Source of the DNA: Verrucomicrobiaceae bacterium
GTDB taxonomy: Bacteria; Verrucomicrobiota; Verrucomicrobiia; Verrucomicrobiales; Akkermansiaceae
DNA: 64,000 bases
Direction of reading: 5' to 3'
Assembly (NCBI GenBank): GCA_051252135.1
Contig: JBPOGH010000001.1
Coordinates: 320,001 to 384,000 of the forward strand
In this document: positions 41,109 to 51,220 of the stretch, in pieces
Position numbering within the stretch: position 1 is the stretch's first letter
Layout: each line of letters begins with the position of its first letter
Translations under genes and position numbers: made by a program
The notes under the pieces: generated by a model
Told to the model about the DNA's origin: nothing
Databases searched by the model: none
What the model saw: the letters and a program-made list of their open reading frames with translations, nothing else

Positions 41109-42368
41109 ATGGCTCCGAACACACTGGCAATCTGCTTGATCGTCGCTCTCATTCTCCTCTGGAAGATCGACTTCATTGCTACGATCTTGACTCTCAAGAA
41201 CCTAAAACCTTCTCTCCCTGCTGAATTTCAAGGTGTCTGGGATGATGAGCGTTACGCCAAATCCCAAGCGTATGAGCGCGCCCAAGCTCAATTCGGGATT
41301 TTCTCCTCCATTTCCAGTCTGACCGCTTTCCTTGTTTTTTGGTTTCTTGGCGGGTTCGGTTGGGTGGACGGAATTTCCCAATCATTCGCATTTCAGGAAA
41401 TTGGAACGGGAATTACGTTTATTGGCATCATTTATCTGGCCAGTTGGCTTCTGGGCCTCCCCTTTGACTACTACAGAACATTTGTCCTTGAGGAAAGATT
41501 CGGATTCAACAAGACAACGATCGGCACCTTCGTTTCGGATCAGATCAAGGGGCTTATTCTTGCCGCGGTTCTGGGGCTACCGCTGATGGCGCTAATTTTG
41601 TGGATATTCAGCTCGGTCGAGAATGCATGGCTGTGGGCTTGGGTTTCTGTCACGGGGATTTCTCTTCTTCTCACCTATCTGGCCCCATCCATCATCCTCC
41701 CCTTGTTCAATAAGTTCACTCCTCTCGAAGATGGCGAACTTTCCCGGTCGATTCAAACCATGGCCAGGAAGTGCGAGTTCCCTCTCACCGAAATTTCCAT
41801 CATGGACGGGTCAAAGCGATCAGCTAAGGCCAATGCCTTCTTCACAGGTTTCGGAAAGCGCAAAAAAATCGCCCTCTACGATACTCTTGTCGAAAACCAG
41901 ACCACGGATGAGCTGGTTGGAGTTCTGGCCCATGAAATTGGCCATTTTAAAAAGAAACACATCGTCCAGCGCCTTATCCTCTCAATTGCCCAGACAGCAG
42001 CCATGTTCTACCTCCTGGGTCTTGCAACCAACCCGGATAATGCCTTTGGTGAACAACTCTACCAAGCCTTTGGAGTGACCCCCTCATACGCCGCAGGGCT
42101 TGTTTTCTTTATGATTATCTTCAAGCCGGTCTCCCGCATTATTTCAATCCTCATGAACATTCTTTCCCGGAAGCATGAATTTGAAGCTGACGCCTATGCC
42201 GCTGATGCCCAAGGAACCCCCGAGCATTTGATCAACGCCCTGAAAAAACTCTCTGCTGATAACCTTTCCAATCTGACTCCGCATCCACTTGAAGTCTTCC
42301 TCGATCACTCTCACCCACCGGTGTTGGTGAGAATCGAAGCACTCAGGGGTCGCCATCCTCAAGTCTAA
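41109..42368 (+). CDS. M48 family (Ste24/CAAX prenyl protease-like) zinc metallopeptidase
   Basis: Multiple TM helices; DGSKRS..NAFFTG; HEIGH; EFEAD; HSHPP. Confidence 0.93.
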   Translation: MAPNTLAICLIVALILLWKIDFIATILTLKNLKPSLPAEFQGVWDDERYAKSQAYERAQAQFGIFSSISSLTAFLVFWFLGGFGWVDGISQSFAFQEIGTGITFIGIIYLASWLLGLPFDYYRTFVLEERFGFNKTTIGTFVSDQIKGLILAAVLGLPLMALILWIFSSVENAWLWAWVSVTGISLLLTYLAPSIILPLFNKFTPLEDGELSRSIQTMARKCEFPLTEISIMDGSKRSAKANAFFTGFGKRKKIALYDTLVENQTTDELVGVLAHEIGHFKKKHIVQRLILSIAQTAAMFYLLGLATNPDNAFGEQLYQAFGVTPSYAAGLVFFMIIFKPVSRIISILMNILSRKHEFEADAYAADAQGTPEHLINALKKLSADNLSNLTPHPLEVFLDHSHPPVLVRIEALRGRHPQV

Positions 42369-43173
42369 GCGTTTCAAAACTCGCCCTCATTTTCTGAAAA
42401 AGCGGACTCGGGACGCCAAACGTCCGATCTCCCGCCCGTGTTGCCCATTGGACATGCCGGGTGCTGCTTGAAAGCCAGATCCCGTCACTGGTATCAACGT
42501 CGCCCGGAGTAAGCGAAACCTCCTCGATCGGTATATTATTCGATTTCAAGATCCCGATGAGCAGTTGTCTGGTCACCCCCGCCAGACAACCGTCCGACAA
42601 AGGAGGTGTTTTTACCACGCCTCCGTCTTCGATAAAAATGTTGGATGTCGCGCCCTCGCAGAGATTCCCCTTTTCGTTAAATAAGAGAACCTCGTCCCAT
42701 CCCAAATTCCTGCCTTTCGTCATGGCCAGGATGTGATGCGCATAGGAAAGCGATTTCACTCCACTCAATTGATTTGCAGAATCAACGGTCTCCTCAGAAA
42801 GACCGACTTCCACACATTCCGGATATTCCACAAAAGGAGTCGTGGTAATAAGACAAACCGGAGCACCCTTCTTCGAAACCCCAGGCCCACCTGCCCCCCC
42901 GGTGAGCGTGATTCTCATTCTCGCAGAATCAAATTCATTTGCTTCTAAAACTGCGATCGCCCCCTCTTTCAAAAAGCCTTCATCCGGAGCCCTGATCCCC
43001 ATGACTTGGGCACCTTGACACAGGCGCTCGAAATGCCTGGTCCATGCGAAAGGGCAACCTCGTTCCACAATTAGGGTTTCGAACACTCCCACCCCCAACG
43101 TTAAGCCCGTATCGAACGGAGAGATTCTAACCTCTTCTTCTGCCAACAACTCACCATTCTGCCAGACAATCAT
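42343..43173 (-). CDS. Class IV aminotransferase (IlvE/PabC-like)
   Basis: GVGVFET, HFERL, KSLSY, EGATSNIF, LAGVTR; start codon uncertain (43173, 43185 or 43197). Confidence 0.9.
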   Translation of the reverse strand: MIVWQNGELLAEEEVRISPFDTGLTLGVGVFETLIVERGCPFAWTRHFERLCQGAQVMGIRAPDEGFLKEGAIAVLEANEFDSARMRITLTGGAGGPGVSKKGAPVCLITTTPFVEYPECVEVGLSEETVDSANQLSGVKSLSYAHHILAMTKGRNLGWDEVLLFNEKGNLCEGATSNIFIEDGGVVKTPPLSDGCLAGVTRQLLIGILKSNNIPIEEVSLTPGDVDTSDGIWLSSSTRHVQWATRAGDRTFGVPSPLFQKMRASFETLRLEDGDP

Positions 43174-43278
43174 TGCCGGGATCATTCTAAAATCCACTCA
43201 CCCCCGCAATCGCGAACTCCTCCCCACTTTACCGACCGGTCTTCTTGCCTTTACAATGTCCCCCTGCAATCTTCCGTC

Positions 43279-44484
43279 ATGAAGGAATTGAAGGATGGCA
43301 TCCGCTCACTCGTGCGTATCGATTTCAACGGAAATGTTCACAAGCAATTCCGGGGTACCGATGCCGACAAGCGCTTCGCCAACGAGGTAAAGGTCCTCAA
43401 AGTGTTGGAAGAACGGGGGTGCGAAAACGTCCCGACCCTGATCAGCTTCGATGAAGAGACCCTCACCATCGTCACCACAAGCTGTGGAGCTCCTGCACCC
43501 ATGCTCACCCAGGAGAAGGCTACCGCTCTATTTGATGAGCTTGAGGAGCGCTACGGGATCCGACATGACGATCCCGAACCACGGAATGTCACCTACTCCA
43601 CCAGACTCGGACGCTTCTGCCTCATCGATTTTGAACTCGCCGAAATCCTTCCCGAGCCACAGTCACAACATCAGACCACCAATATCTGGAGAGCCAACTG
43701 GCAATCTCTTACTGTTCAGGGAAATGGACACGAGGGCAATGATGACTCCTCTCTCGTGCTTGGCGTCCATCCGGGAGGTGCCGACCTTCTTGAGAGATCG
43801 GGAGAGGCTCTTCTCGACCCGGAGCATCTCGTCCTCGCGGTTTCCGATGGCATGGGTGGTCGGCAGGCTGGTGAATTCGCCTCTCGCCTGATCGTCAATT
43901 ATGTCCGCCGCCAGGCCAAAGAGCTCTACAAAGGCCTCACCACGGGTGGGAACGTCGACGAGCTTCTCGGTGATCTCCTTAAGAACGCCCATGAAGGTCT
44001 CGTTAAAATGATGGCCGAGGGTGAAAACACTCACGGCATGGGCGCTACCCTTACTCTTGCCTGGATCACTCCTGAAACTCTCCACTGGGGTCATGTCGGA
44101 GATTCCCGCCTCTACTTCTCCTCCGAAAATGAGGTGACCCAACTCACCAAAGACGACTGCGTTGCCTGGCACCAATACCAAGCGGGACAGCTCAACGAAT
44201 ATCAATATCGTAATCACCCCCGGCGCTCCGCACTCACCGAGGTCCTCGGTGGAAGAGGCTCGAACATCTTCCCCCAAACAGGTTCCCTGCCCCTAAACAA
44301 AGGAGGCCGCCTCCTTCTTTGTTCGGACGGACTTGTCGACGGCCTCTCCGACAGGAGAATCTCTGATGAATTGAAAGAACCAGGGAATTCCAAAGGCATT
44401 GCCCAATCTCTGATGAAGCGTTCGCGGGAAAATGCCCAACGGGATGATACAACCCTTATTGTTGCCGACCTCGCCCCCGTCTAA
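43279..44484 (+). CDS. Minimal protein-kinase-like domain fused to PP2C (PPM) phosphatase
   Basis: N-terminal VHK...NE...HDDPEPRN...IDFE; C-terminal NDD, SDGMGG, GDSRLY, CSDGL, DDTT. Confidence 0.85.
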   Translation: MKELKDGIRSLVRIDFNGNVHKQFRGTDADKRFANEVKVLKVLEERGCENVPTLISFDEETLTIVTTSCGAPAPMLTQEKATALFDELEERYGIRHDDPEPRNVTYSTRLGRFCLIDFELAEILPEPQSQHQTTNIWRANWQSLTVQGNGHEGNDDSSLVLGVHPGGADLLERSGEALLDPEHLVLAVSDGMGGRQAGEFASRLIVNYVRRQAKELYKGLTTGGNVDELLGDLLKNAHEGLVKMMAEGENTHGMGATLTLAWITPETLHWGHVGDSRLYFSSENEVTQLTKDDCVAWHQYQAGQLNEYQYRNHPRRSALTEVLGGRGSNIFPQTGSLPLNKGGRLLLCSDGLVDGLSDRRISDELKEPGNSKGIAQSLMKRSRENAQRDDTTLIVADLAPV

Positions 44485-44513
44485 GTTTTCTTCCTGCCCC
44501 AAATTTTGAAATT

Positions 44514-44529
44514 TGGCACGCCAGTTGCT
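44514..44529 (+). promoter_or_regulatory. sigma54 (RpoN) -24/-12 promoter of glutamine synthetase
   Basis: TGGCACGCCAGTTGCT matches TGGCAC-N5-TTGC(A/T), intergenic and upstream of the GS gene. Confidence 0.85.
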
Positions 44530-44638
44530 CCACTTTGTCGGATAACCCCACAATATGGTATTGCCAGAACCTCGATTCTTGTCGAGTCTCCGGCCTTCCA
44601 CCGCTTGGGGGATTATTTCCAAGCAACCAATCAGACAA

Positions 44639-45646
44639 ATGGCTAAATACCGACTCGATTACATCTGGCTGGACGGCTACACGCCCGTTCCAAATCTCCG
44701 CACCAAGTGCTGCATCAAAGAATTTGATGATTTCCCAACCCTGGAGCAACTCCCTGAGTGGGGTTTTGATGGCTCCTCTACCCAGCAAGCTGAAGGCGGC
44801 GATTCCGACTGCGTGCTCAAGCCCGTAGCCCTCTATCCTGACGGTACCCGTGAAAACGGAATTCTCGTCATGTGTGAAGTGATGCTTCCCGACGGCTCTC
44901 CCCATCCCTCAAATTCCCGTGCCGACATCCTCGACGATGAGAATGCCTGGTTTGGCTTTGAGCAGGAATACTTCCTCGAAAAAGACGGCCAAATCCTTGG
45001 TTTCCCCAAAGGTGGATATCCCGCGCCTCAGGGCACTTACTACTGCGGAGTGGGTTATAAGAACGTCGGAGACATTGGCCGCGCCATTGTCGACGAGCAC
45101 CTCGACCTTTGTCTCTACGCTGGCATCAATCACGAAGGCATCAACGCCGAAGTGGCCATGGGCCAGTGGGAATTCCAGGTCTTCGGTAAGGGCTCCAAGC
45201 GTGCCGCTGACCAAATCTGGGTCGCTCGCTTCCTCCTTGAACGCCTTTGCGAAGAATACGCCGTGAACGTCAACTACCACTGCAAGCCCCTTAAGGGTGA
45301 CTGGAATGGTTCCGGCATGCACTGCAACTTCTCCACCCAGAAGCTGCGTGAAGAGGGCGGCAAGGAATACTTCGACAAGCTCATGGCCCAGTTCGAAAAG
45401 AACACCATGGAGCACATCGCTGTTTACGGACCCGATAACGATCAGCGCCTTACCGGCCTCCACGAGACACAGTCGATCGACAAATTCTCTTGGGGAATCG
45501 CCGACCGGGGTGCATCCATCCGCGTTCCTCACTCCTTTGCGAAGAACGATTGGAAAGGATACCTCGAAGATCGCCGTCCAAACTCACAGGGCGATCCCTA
45601 CGCCATCGCTTCCCGCGTCCTCAAGACGATCGAAGAAGTCGGCTAG
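44639..45646 (+). CDS. glnII: Glutamine synthetase type II (GSII)
   Basis: 335 aa; YIWLDG, WGFDGSST.QA, INAEV..GQWEFQ, DWNGSG.H.NFS, RLTGLHET, YLEDRRP. Confidence 0.95.
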   Translation: MAKYRLDYIWLDGYTPVPNLRTKCCIKEFDDFPTLEQLPEWGFDGSSTQQAEGGDSDCVLKPVALYPDGTRENGILVMCEVMLPDGSPHPSNSRADILDDENAWFGFEQEYFLEKDGQILGFPKGGYPAPQGTYYCGVGYKNVGDIGRAIVDEHLDLCLYAGINHEGINAEVAMGQWEFQVFGKGSKRAADQIWVARFLLERLCEEYAVNVNYHCKPLKGDWNGSGMHCNFSTQKLREEGGKEYFDKLMAQFEKNTMEHIAVYGPDNDQRLTGLHETQSIDKFSWGIADRGASIRVPHSFAKNDWKGYLEDRRPNSQGDPYAIASRVLKTIEEVG

Positions 45647-45669
45647 GTCAGCTACCGACCCAAACTTTC

Positions 45670-45704
45670 AAAACGGTCTTCGGTTCCCCGAAGGCCGTTT
45701 TTTT
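45670..45704 (+). terminator. Bidirectional-type terminator between glnII and recN
   Basis: AAAACGGTCTTCGG-TTCC-CCGAAGGCCGTTTTTTT. Confidence 0.85.
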
Positions 45705-45708
45705 ACGT

Positions 45709-47349
45709 TTAAGAAAGTAGCGACTTCGCCATCTCTCTGGCTTGATCCCCACCTCCACCGAGCATTCTTACCAATTCGTCAACCCGCCCCTCACCACTCA
45801 CCTCTGTGAGTGAGGAGATCGAACGCCCGCCTTCAACCCGCTTTTCAACGACAAAATGTTGATGGGCCACGGCTGCCACTTGAGGGAAGTGGGTAATCGA
45901 AACGACCTGGTGTCGCTGCCCCAGACTGGCCATTTTTTCACCTACCGCCCGGGCAATTTCACCACCCACATTCGCATCGATCTCGTCAAAGACCATCAAC
46001 GGTGTCCGGTCCTGATCGGCCAGGGCATTCTTCACCGCCAACATCACCCTGGAAATTTCCCCACTGGAAGCGACTTGTCGCAGAGGCTTGAGGGGTTCAC
46101 CCGGATTGGGCCCGAAAAGATACTCCGCACTTTCCAGCCCCCACCCACCGGGCTCATCACGCGCGATAAGCTGAACTTCAAACTCCGCCTGCTTAAAACC
46201 GAGATCAACCAGATGGGAGCGGATCTCCGCAGCCAGCGCTGGCGCCGCCTTCTTCCGCTTGCCAGTAAGTTTGCGTGCAGCCGCCCTCACCCCTTTCCCG
46301 GCAGCATCAGCGGCTTCCTTCAAGCTGGACAGCCACCCTTCCCTATTCTCCGAGCTCTCCAGTCTCACCCGAGCCTCGGCACCATGTTCGATCGCGTCTT
46401 CAATGGTCGGCCCATACTTTCGTTTGATCGTCTCAAGAAGGTTGTATCGTTCTTCAACTTCCCGCCCTTCCTGAGGATCGATATCCAGATCATCCAGATA
46501 ATCGGCCAGGCTTCGTTCTAGCTCTTGCATCTGCGTCGTAGCAGATTCGACCTCCTCACTAAGATCACCCATTGCAGGATCAATTTTCGCCAGCTCATGC
46601 ACTGCTCGAAGTAGCTCTTCGAGACCTGGGGAAACCTGCTCACTCACCAAATTGGAAGCCTTCCCCGCTATTTCCATCAATCGGCTGGCATTATTGGTTC
46701 GGCGAAATCTCTCTTCCAGCTCTTCTTCCTCTCCTGCTTTAAGATCGGCAGATTCAATTTCTTCCACTTGAAATTTTAAAAGCTCCTTCTCCTGCTCCCC
46801 CACCTCCCGTTGCGACTTAGCCTCCTCATACTCCTCAACAGCATCCCGCCATTTGGACCACATCTCCCGATAAGCCCTCATCTGATCCGAGGCTCCCGCA
46901 TAAGCATCGAGCATCGCAATCTGCCTTTCCGATGAAAGCAACGACTGATGATCGTGCGGGCCATGAAGATCCACCAAATGACTCCCCAGCTTTTTCAACA
47001 CCCCCAGCGTCGCGGCACAGTTGTTCACAAATTGCTTGTTACTCTTTGCTCCAATCGTTCGACGGATGATCAAAACTTCGCCATCACATTCATCCAGCCC
47101 CGCATCTTCCAGAATTTCATTGATCAATCTGGTCTCGGAAAGCTCAAATATCGATTCAACCGTGCATTGATCCTCTCCCGTCCTAATAAGTCCTTTGGCC
47201 GCCCGCTCACCCAGAATGAGTTTGAGGGCACCTACGATAACCGATTTACCGGCACCAGTCTCCCCGGTTACTCCGACGAGGCCGCCTCCAAGCTCCCATA
47301 CAAGGTGATCAACAAGGGCGAGGTTACGAATCTTAAGCAGCGTGAGCAT
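45709..47349 (-). CDS. recN: DNA repair protein RecN
   Basis: MLTLLKIRN, TGETGAGKS, FDEIDANVGG, ITHFPQVAA; signature motif reads ASSGE. Confidence 0.95.
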   Translation of the reverse strand: MLTLLKIRNLALVDHLVWELGGGLVGVTGETGAGKSVIVGALKLILGERAAKGLIRTGEDQCTVESIFELSETRLINEILEDAGLDECDGEVLIIRRTIGAKSNKQFVNNCAATLGVLKKLGSHLVDLHGPHDHQSLLSSERQIAMLDAYAGASDQMRAYREMWSKWRDAVEEYEEAKSQREVGEQEKELLKFQVEEIESADLKAGEEEELEERFRRTNNASRLMEIAGKASNLVSEQVSPGLEELLRAVHELAKIDPAMGDLSEEVESATTQMQELERSLADYLDDLDIDPQEGREVEERYNLLETIKRKYGPTIEDAIEHGAEARVRLESSENREGWLSSLKEAADAAGKGVRAAARKLTGKRKKAAPALAAEIRSHLVDLGFKQAEFEVQLIARDEPGGWGLESAEYLFGPNPGEPLKPLRQVASSGEISRVMLAVKNALADQDRTPLMVFDEIDANVGGEIARAVGEKMASLGQRHQVVSITHFPQVAAVAHQHFVVEKRVEGGRSISSLTEVSGEGRVDELVRMLGGGGDQAREMAKSLLS

Positions 47350-47422
47350 TCCTTTTTGCGATGTGCTCGGGATTATGTCACCCTTCCCACCGCTTGCAAC
47401 CATGAGCGAATCTTTCCCCACC

Positions 47423-48220
47423 ATGCGCTTTCGCTTCCTTGGAACTTCAACCTCGGTGGGCGTCCCTGTAATCGGCTGCATCTGCGATAACTGCACTTCA
47501 CCCGACCCCAGGGACAACCGGACCCGCAGCTCGGGTTTTCTGGAGGGCCCCTTCGGAAAAATACTCATCGATAGCGGCCCCGACCTGCGAGAGCAGGCTC
47601 TTCGGGAGAAGATAAGCTCTATCGACGCCGTTATTTACACCCATGCCCATATCGATCACGTTGCAGGATTTGACGAGCTCCGTGCCTTCTGTTGGCGGCG
47701 TGAGGACCTCCTTCCTTTACATGGCTCGCAGGAAACTCTCACAGCGTTAAAGCAGATGTATCCTTGGGCATTCACCTCGGAAAAAATCTATCCAGGCTAC
47801 GTGCGGCCAGCCCCCATCGCCTTCGAGGAATCTTTTCGAATGAACGAGCTCCTGATCACCCCGATCGAAGTCGATCACGGAAACGTGCGCACTCACGGAT
47901 TTCGTTTCGATTTTCCAGGTTGTGAATCGCTGGCCTACATTTCAGACGTCAAATCCATTCCCTCTCAATCGCTTGAGCTCCTTGCTGGCGTTGACATTCT
48001 CGCAATCGACACCCTGCGCGAAAGTCACCACCACACCCACATGTCACTCTCAGAGGCACTCGCTACGATCGACTACCTGAAGCCCAAAAAAAGCTATCTT
48101 ACCCATATCTCCCACGAGATCGATTGCAGGCAGGTGGCAAAATCCCTCCCCGCCAACGTTGAATTCGCCTACGATGGGCTCACCCTCGATCTCAACCACA
48201 CCCCCACTCTCTGCTTATGA
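47423..48220 (+). CDS. MBL-fold metallo-hydrolase (PhnP-like)
   Basis: GTSTSVGVPVIGC.C..C; THAHIDH; alternative start at 47402. Confidence 0.9.
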   Translation: MRFRFLGTSTSVGVPVIGCICDNCTSPDPRDNRTRSSGFLEGPFGKILIDSGPDLREQALREKISSIDAVIYTHAHIDHVAGFDELRAFCWRREDLLPLHGSQETLTALKQMYPWAFTSEKIYPGYVRPAPIAFEESFRMNELLITPIEVDHGNVRTHGFRFDFPGCESLAYISDVKSIPSQSLELLAGVDILAIDTLRESHHHTHMSLSEALATIDYLKPKKSYLTHISHEIDCRQVAKSLPANVEFAYDGLTLDLNHTPTLCL

Positions 48221-49770
48221 TTCGCTCCCTCATCTTCCTCATTTTTGCATCATCGGTCTTTGCGAATCCCGCCCCTCTTCTTCCCGGACACGTTGGCATC
48301 GTCTATAACTCCTCGTCTCCCGAGTCCAAAGACTTGGCCGAATTCTACGCCCTAAACCGGATGATTCCCCCGGAGAACCTCATCGGCATCCCCATGCCGA
48401 TGGAAGAGACCATTGGCCGTGATGAATTCAACCGCTCGATCCGCGACCCTCTCCGTGCCGAGTTTAAGAAACGCAATTGGTGGACCATGGGGAATGATCA
48501 AAATGGGAATCCTGTGCCCATTCGCTCCGTTGTTCGATGTCTGGCGCTCATGCGCGGCGTCCCCCTTCGCATCAACCGGATCGAAACCCCAGCTTCCGAA
48601 GCCACCTCGCAAGCACCCTTCAAACCCAACAATGAAGCTGCGGTCGACTCGGAACTCGCGCTGCTCGGCGTTCCGAACCTTCCCATTGGTGGCCCCCTCA
48701 ATAACAACTACTACCAAAAAGACATCCCCTTCATTCAGCTCCCCCAACAGTATCAACTGCTCGTCGGTCGAATCGACGCGAAGGACACCACCACTTGTAA
48801 GCGCATGATTCTCGATGCCATCGATGTCGAAAAAGAAGGTCTCTGGGGGCGCACCTATATCGACTTCGCCCGTAAAGGCGGTGCTTTTTCAGTCGGAGAT
48901 GAATGGCTCGAAGCCATCACCAAACGATCCATGACCGCTGGTTTTCCGGTAGTCACCGAACGGAGTAAAGACACCTTTGTGAGCCACTACCCGATGGGCG
49001 ACGCCGCAGTTTACTTTGGGTGGTATACCTTCCATCGCAATGGCCCCTTCCTCGATCCCGGGATGAAGTTTCGAAAAGGAGCGGTCGCTGTCCATCTTCA
49101 CTCGCTGAGCGCCGGACAGATGCGCGACCCCTCCGTGAACTGGTCGGCCGCCCTCCTTGACCGGGGAGCTGCGGCCACCTTGGGTAACACCTGGGAACCT
49201 TATCTCCAGGTTTCCCACAACTTCGACATCTTTCATGACCGCCTCATGAAAGGTTACTCAATCGTCGAATCTGCGGGCATGGCCATGAACGCACTCTCCT
49301 GGCAAAACATTGTCATCGGCGATCCTCTCTATCGCCCATTCAAGGTCCTCACCGAAAGACCGTCCGACCTCACGTCGTCACGGGACTACAAGGCCTTGAG
49401 ACTTGCCCACACACAATGGCCCGATCCTGCCGAACTCACCACCAAGCTTCGTGGCGCAGCCGCCCGGATGAAAAGCGGCATCATCTACGAAGCGGTGGGA
49501 TTTGGTCTCCTGGAATCAGGACAATACGCCGAAGCCTCCGCCTTCTTTGAATCCGCCAAAACGAACTACCCCTCACGCTTTGACCAACTGCGACAGACCC
49601 TCAATCAAGTCGAAGTGGATCGCAGACGGGGTGAGACGGTAAAGGCCATCAGCCAACTGCAGGTCGCCAAAGCCAGATATAAGGACCTCCCCCAAGTCAA
49701 AGCCGTCGACGCACTTCTCGTAATTCTCGATCCCCCGGCACCACCGCCAACCAACGCCAAAAAGAAATAG
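48217..49770 (+). CDS. TIGR03790 family protein
   Basis: IVYN...S..LA.FYA..R.IP; AAVDSEL; GAVAVHLHS; GAAATLGN..EPYL; IGDPLYRPF. Confidence 0.85.
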   Translation: MIRSLIFLIFASSVFANPAPLLPGHVGIVYNSSSPESKDLAEFYALNRMIPPENLIGIPMPMEETIGRDEFNRSIRDPLRAEFKKRNWWTMGNDQNGNPVPIRSVVRCLALMRGVPLRINRIETPASEATSQAPFKPNNEAAVDSELALLGVPNLPIGGPLNNNYYQKDIPFIQLPQQYQLLVGRIDAKDTTTCKRMILDAIDVEKEGLWGRTYIDFARKGGAFSVGDEWLEAITKRSMTAGFPVVTERSKDTFVSHYPMGDAAVYFGWYTFHRNGPFLDPGMKFRKGAVAVHLHSLSAGQMRDPSVNWSAALLDRGAAATLGNTWEPYLQVSHNFDIFHDRLMKGYSIVESAGMAMNALSWQNIVIGDPLYRPFKVLTERPSDLTSSRDYKALRLAHTQWPDPAELTTKLRGAAARMKSGIIYEAVGFGLLESGQYAEASAFFESAKTNYPSRFDQLRQTLNQVEVDRRRGETVKAISQLQVAKARYKDLPQVKAVDALLVILDPPAPPPTNAKKK

Positions 49771-49779
49771 ATTCGACCA

Positions 49780-51153
49780 GTGGACTACCGGCAATTGCTC
49801 AATGCGATCAATGATATCCCCGACACTCTCAATGAGTGCTCTCCCCGGGTTTCGTTTGACGAGATCGAAGTCCAGTCCCGTTGGTTCGCAGGATACTTCC
49901 CTGATACCCACCAAGCCAACACAGGACAACGAATCCGAATCATCTCTCCCGGGGAATGGAATCGCGGTGCCGGTCCCGACTTCCTCAACGCCGTAATCGA
50001 GATTGATGGCGAACAACATCAGGGGCCTGTCGAACTCGACATCGCTTCGCGCAATTGGGACCTCCACGGGCACTCCACCAATTCGAATTTCAATCAGGTG
50101 ATCCTTCATGTCGTCCTCCATGATGACGGCCCCACCTATTTCACCAAAACCTCCTTGTTTCGCGAAATCTCGCGTATTTGCCTTAGCAGGGAAAGCGTCA
50201 ACATTGCCCTCGGGCAGCCCCGCCTCACCCAAGCCCTTGCACGTCCCGGACGCTGCCTGCGCCCGCTCAGTCAACTCGCCTCTGACGCAGTCGAGCGCTT
50301 GCTCGAAGAAGCAGCCCGGCATCGCGCCGGACAAAAAGCAGCCCGATTCCGAAGAACCTGTGACTGGCACGACTTTCCACAAGCGCTTTGGGAAGCCTTC
50401 GCAGACAGCCTTGGATTTTCGGCCAACCGCCTCCCTATGCGCCTGTTGGCACAGCGCTTCCCGATCAAAGAACTCACCAAACTTCCAGCTGCCCACAGAG
50501 AAGCCGTTCTGTTCGGCGCTGCGGGATTTCTCGACCCCGGGTTGCATCGTGCGGCACCTCCCGAATCTCAGGAATACCTTCAATCCCTATGGACCCACTG
50601 GTGGAAACTCCGGGACCAGCACGAGTTTCTCGACACCAGAAAACCCCAGTGGTCCACCCAGGCAACCCGCCCGGGAAATCATCCCCAAAGGAGGCTTGCC
50701 GCCCTCGCAACGGCCTCGGGTCAGTGGAAAAAAATCGTTAATTTTTCAACGGAGCCTCCCCCTTACAAATCACTGACAACACTCCTCGCCTCGCTCACCC
50801 ATCCCTTCTGGGACTGCCACCACACGCTCAAGTCAGAGAGAACACACAGACCCATCAGGGTCCTTGGTGAGGCGCGCATTCGGGAGTTCGTTCTCAACAC
50901 CCTCATCCCCATTCATCTGGATAACAAGGAATCCGGCTGGAATTCCTATCGAACAATCCCTGCCGGACCGCCCAACCAGAAAATCAAACGCTGTTGTGAA
51001 CGACTATGGGGATCCATTGAAACCGCAAAGCCCCACCTTTCCAAAGCGTGGCAGCATCAGGCCATTCTCCAAATCTATCATGATTTCTGCCTCGAGGATG
51101 CCTCGGATTGTTCTGACTGCCCTTTTCCGGAACAGATCCTGCAGTGGAAATAG
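49780..51153 (+). CDS. DUF2851 family protein
   Basis: PGEWNRGAGPDF, W..HGH, VILHV, RPGNHPQRR, C-terminal C....C..C. Confidence 0.88.
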   Translation: MDYRQLLNAINDIPDTLNECSPRVSFDEIEVQSRWFAGYFPDTHQANTGQRIRIISPGEWNRGAGPDFLNAVIEIDGEQHQGPVELDIASRNWDLHGHSTNSNFNQVILHVVLHDDGPTYFTKTSLFREISRICLSRESVNIALGQPRLTQALARPGRCLRPLSQLASDAVERLLEEAARHRAGQKAARFRRTCDWHDFPQALWEAFADSLGFSANRLPMRLLAQRFPIKELTKLPAAHREAVLFGAAGFLDPGLHRAAPPESQEYLQSLWTHWWKLRDQHEFLDTRKPQWSTQATRPGNHPQRRLAALATASGQWKKIVNFSTEPPPYKSLTTLLASLTHPFWDCHHTLKSERTHRPIRVLGEARIREFVLNTLIPIHLDNKESGWNSYRTIPAGPPNQKIKRCCERLWGSIETAKPHLSKAWQHQAILQIYHDFCLEDASDCSDCPFPEQILQWK

Positions 51154-51220
51154 TCCCCTTTTCTTTGTCCTTCTCCTTTTTTCACAACCCGCTATTGCTA
51201 ACGACGTCCCCTAATATTCT

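Noticed and set aside
47350..47568. Apparent head-to-head overlap of recN and the MBL hydrolase (similarly 55228-55661 and 31393-31710)
   Set aside because: Artefact of longest-ORF starts; realistic starts leave short divergent intergenic gaps
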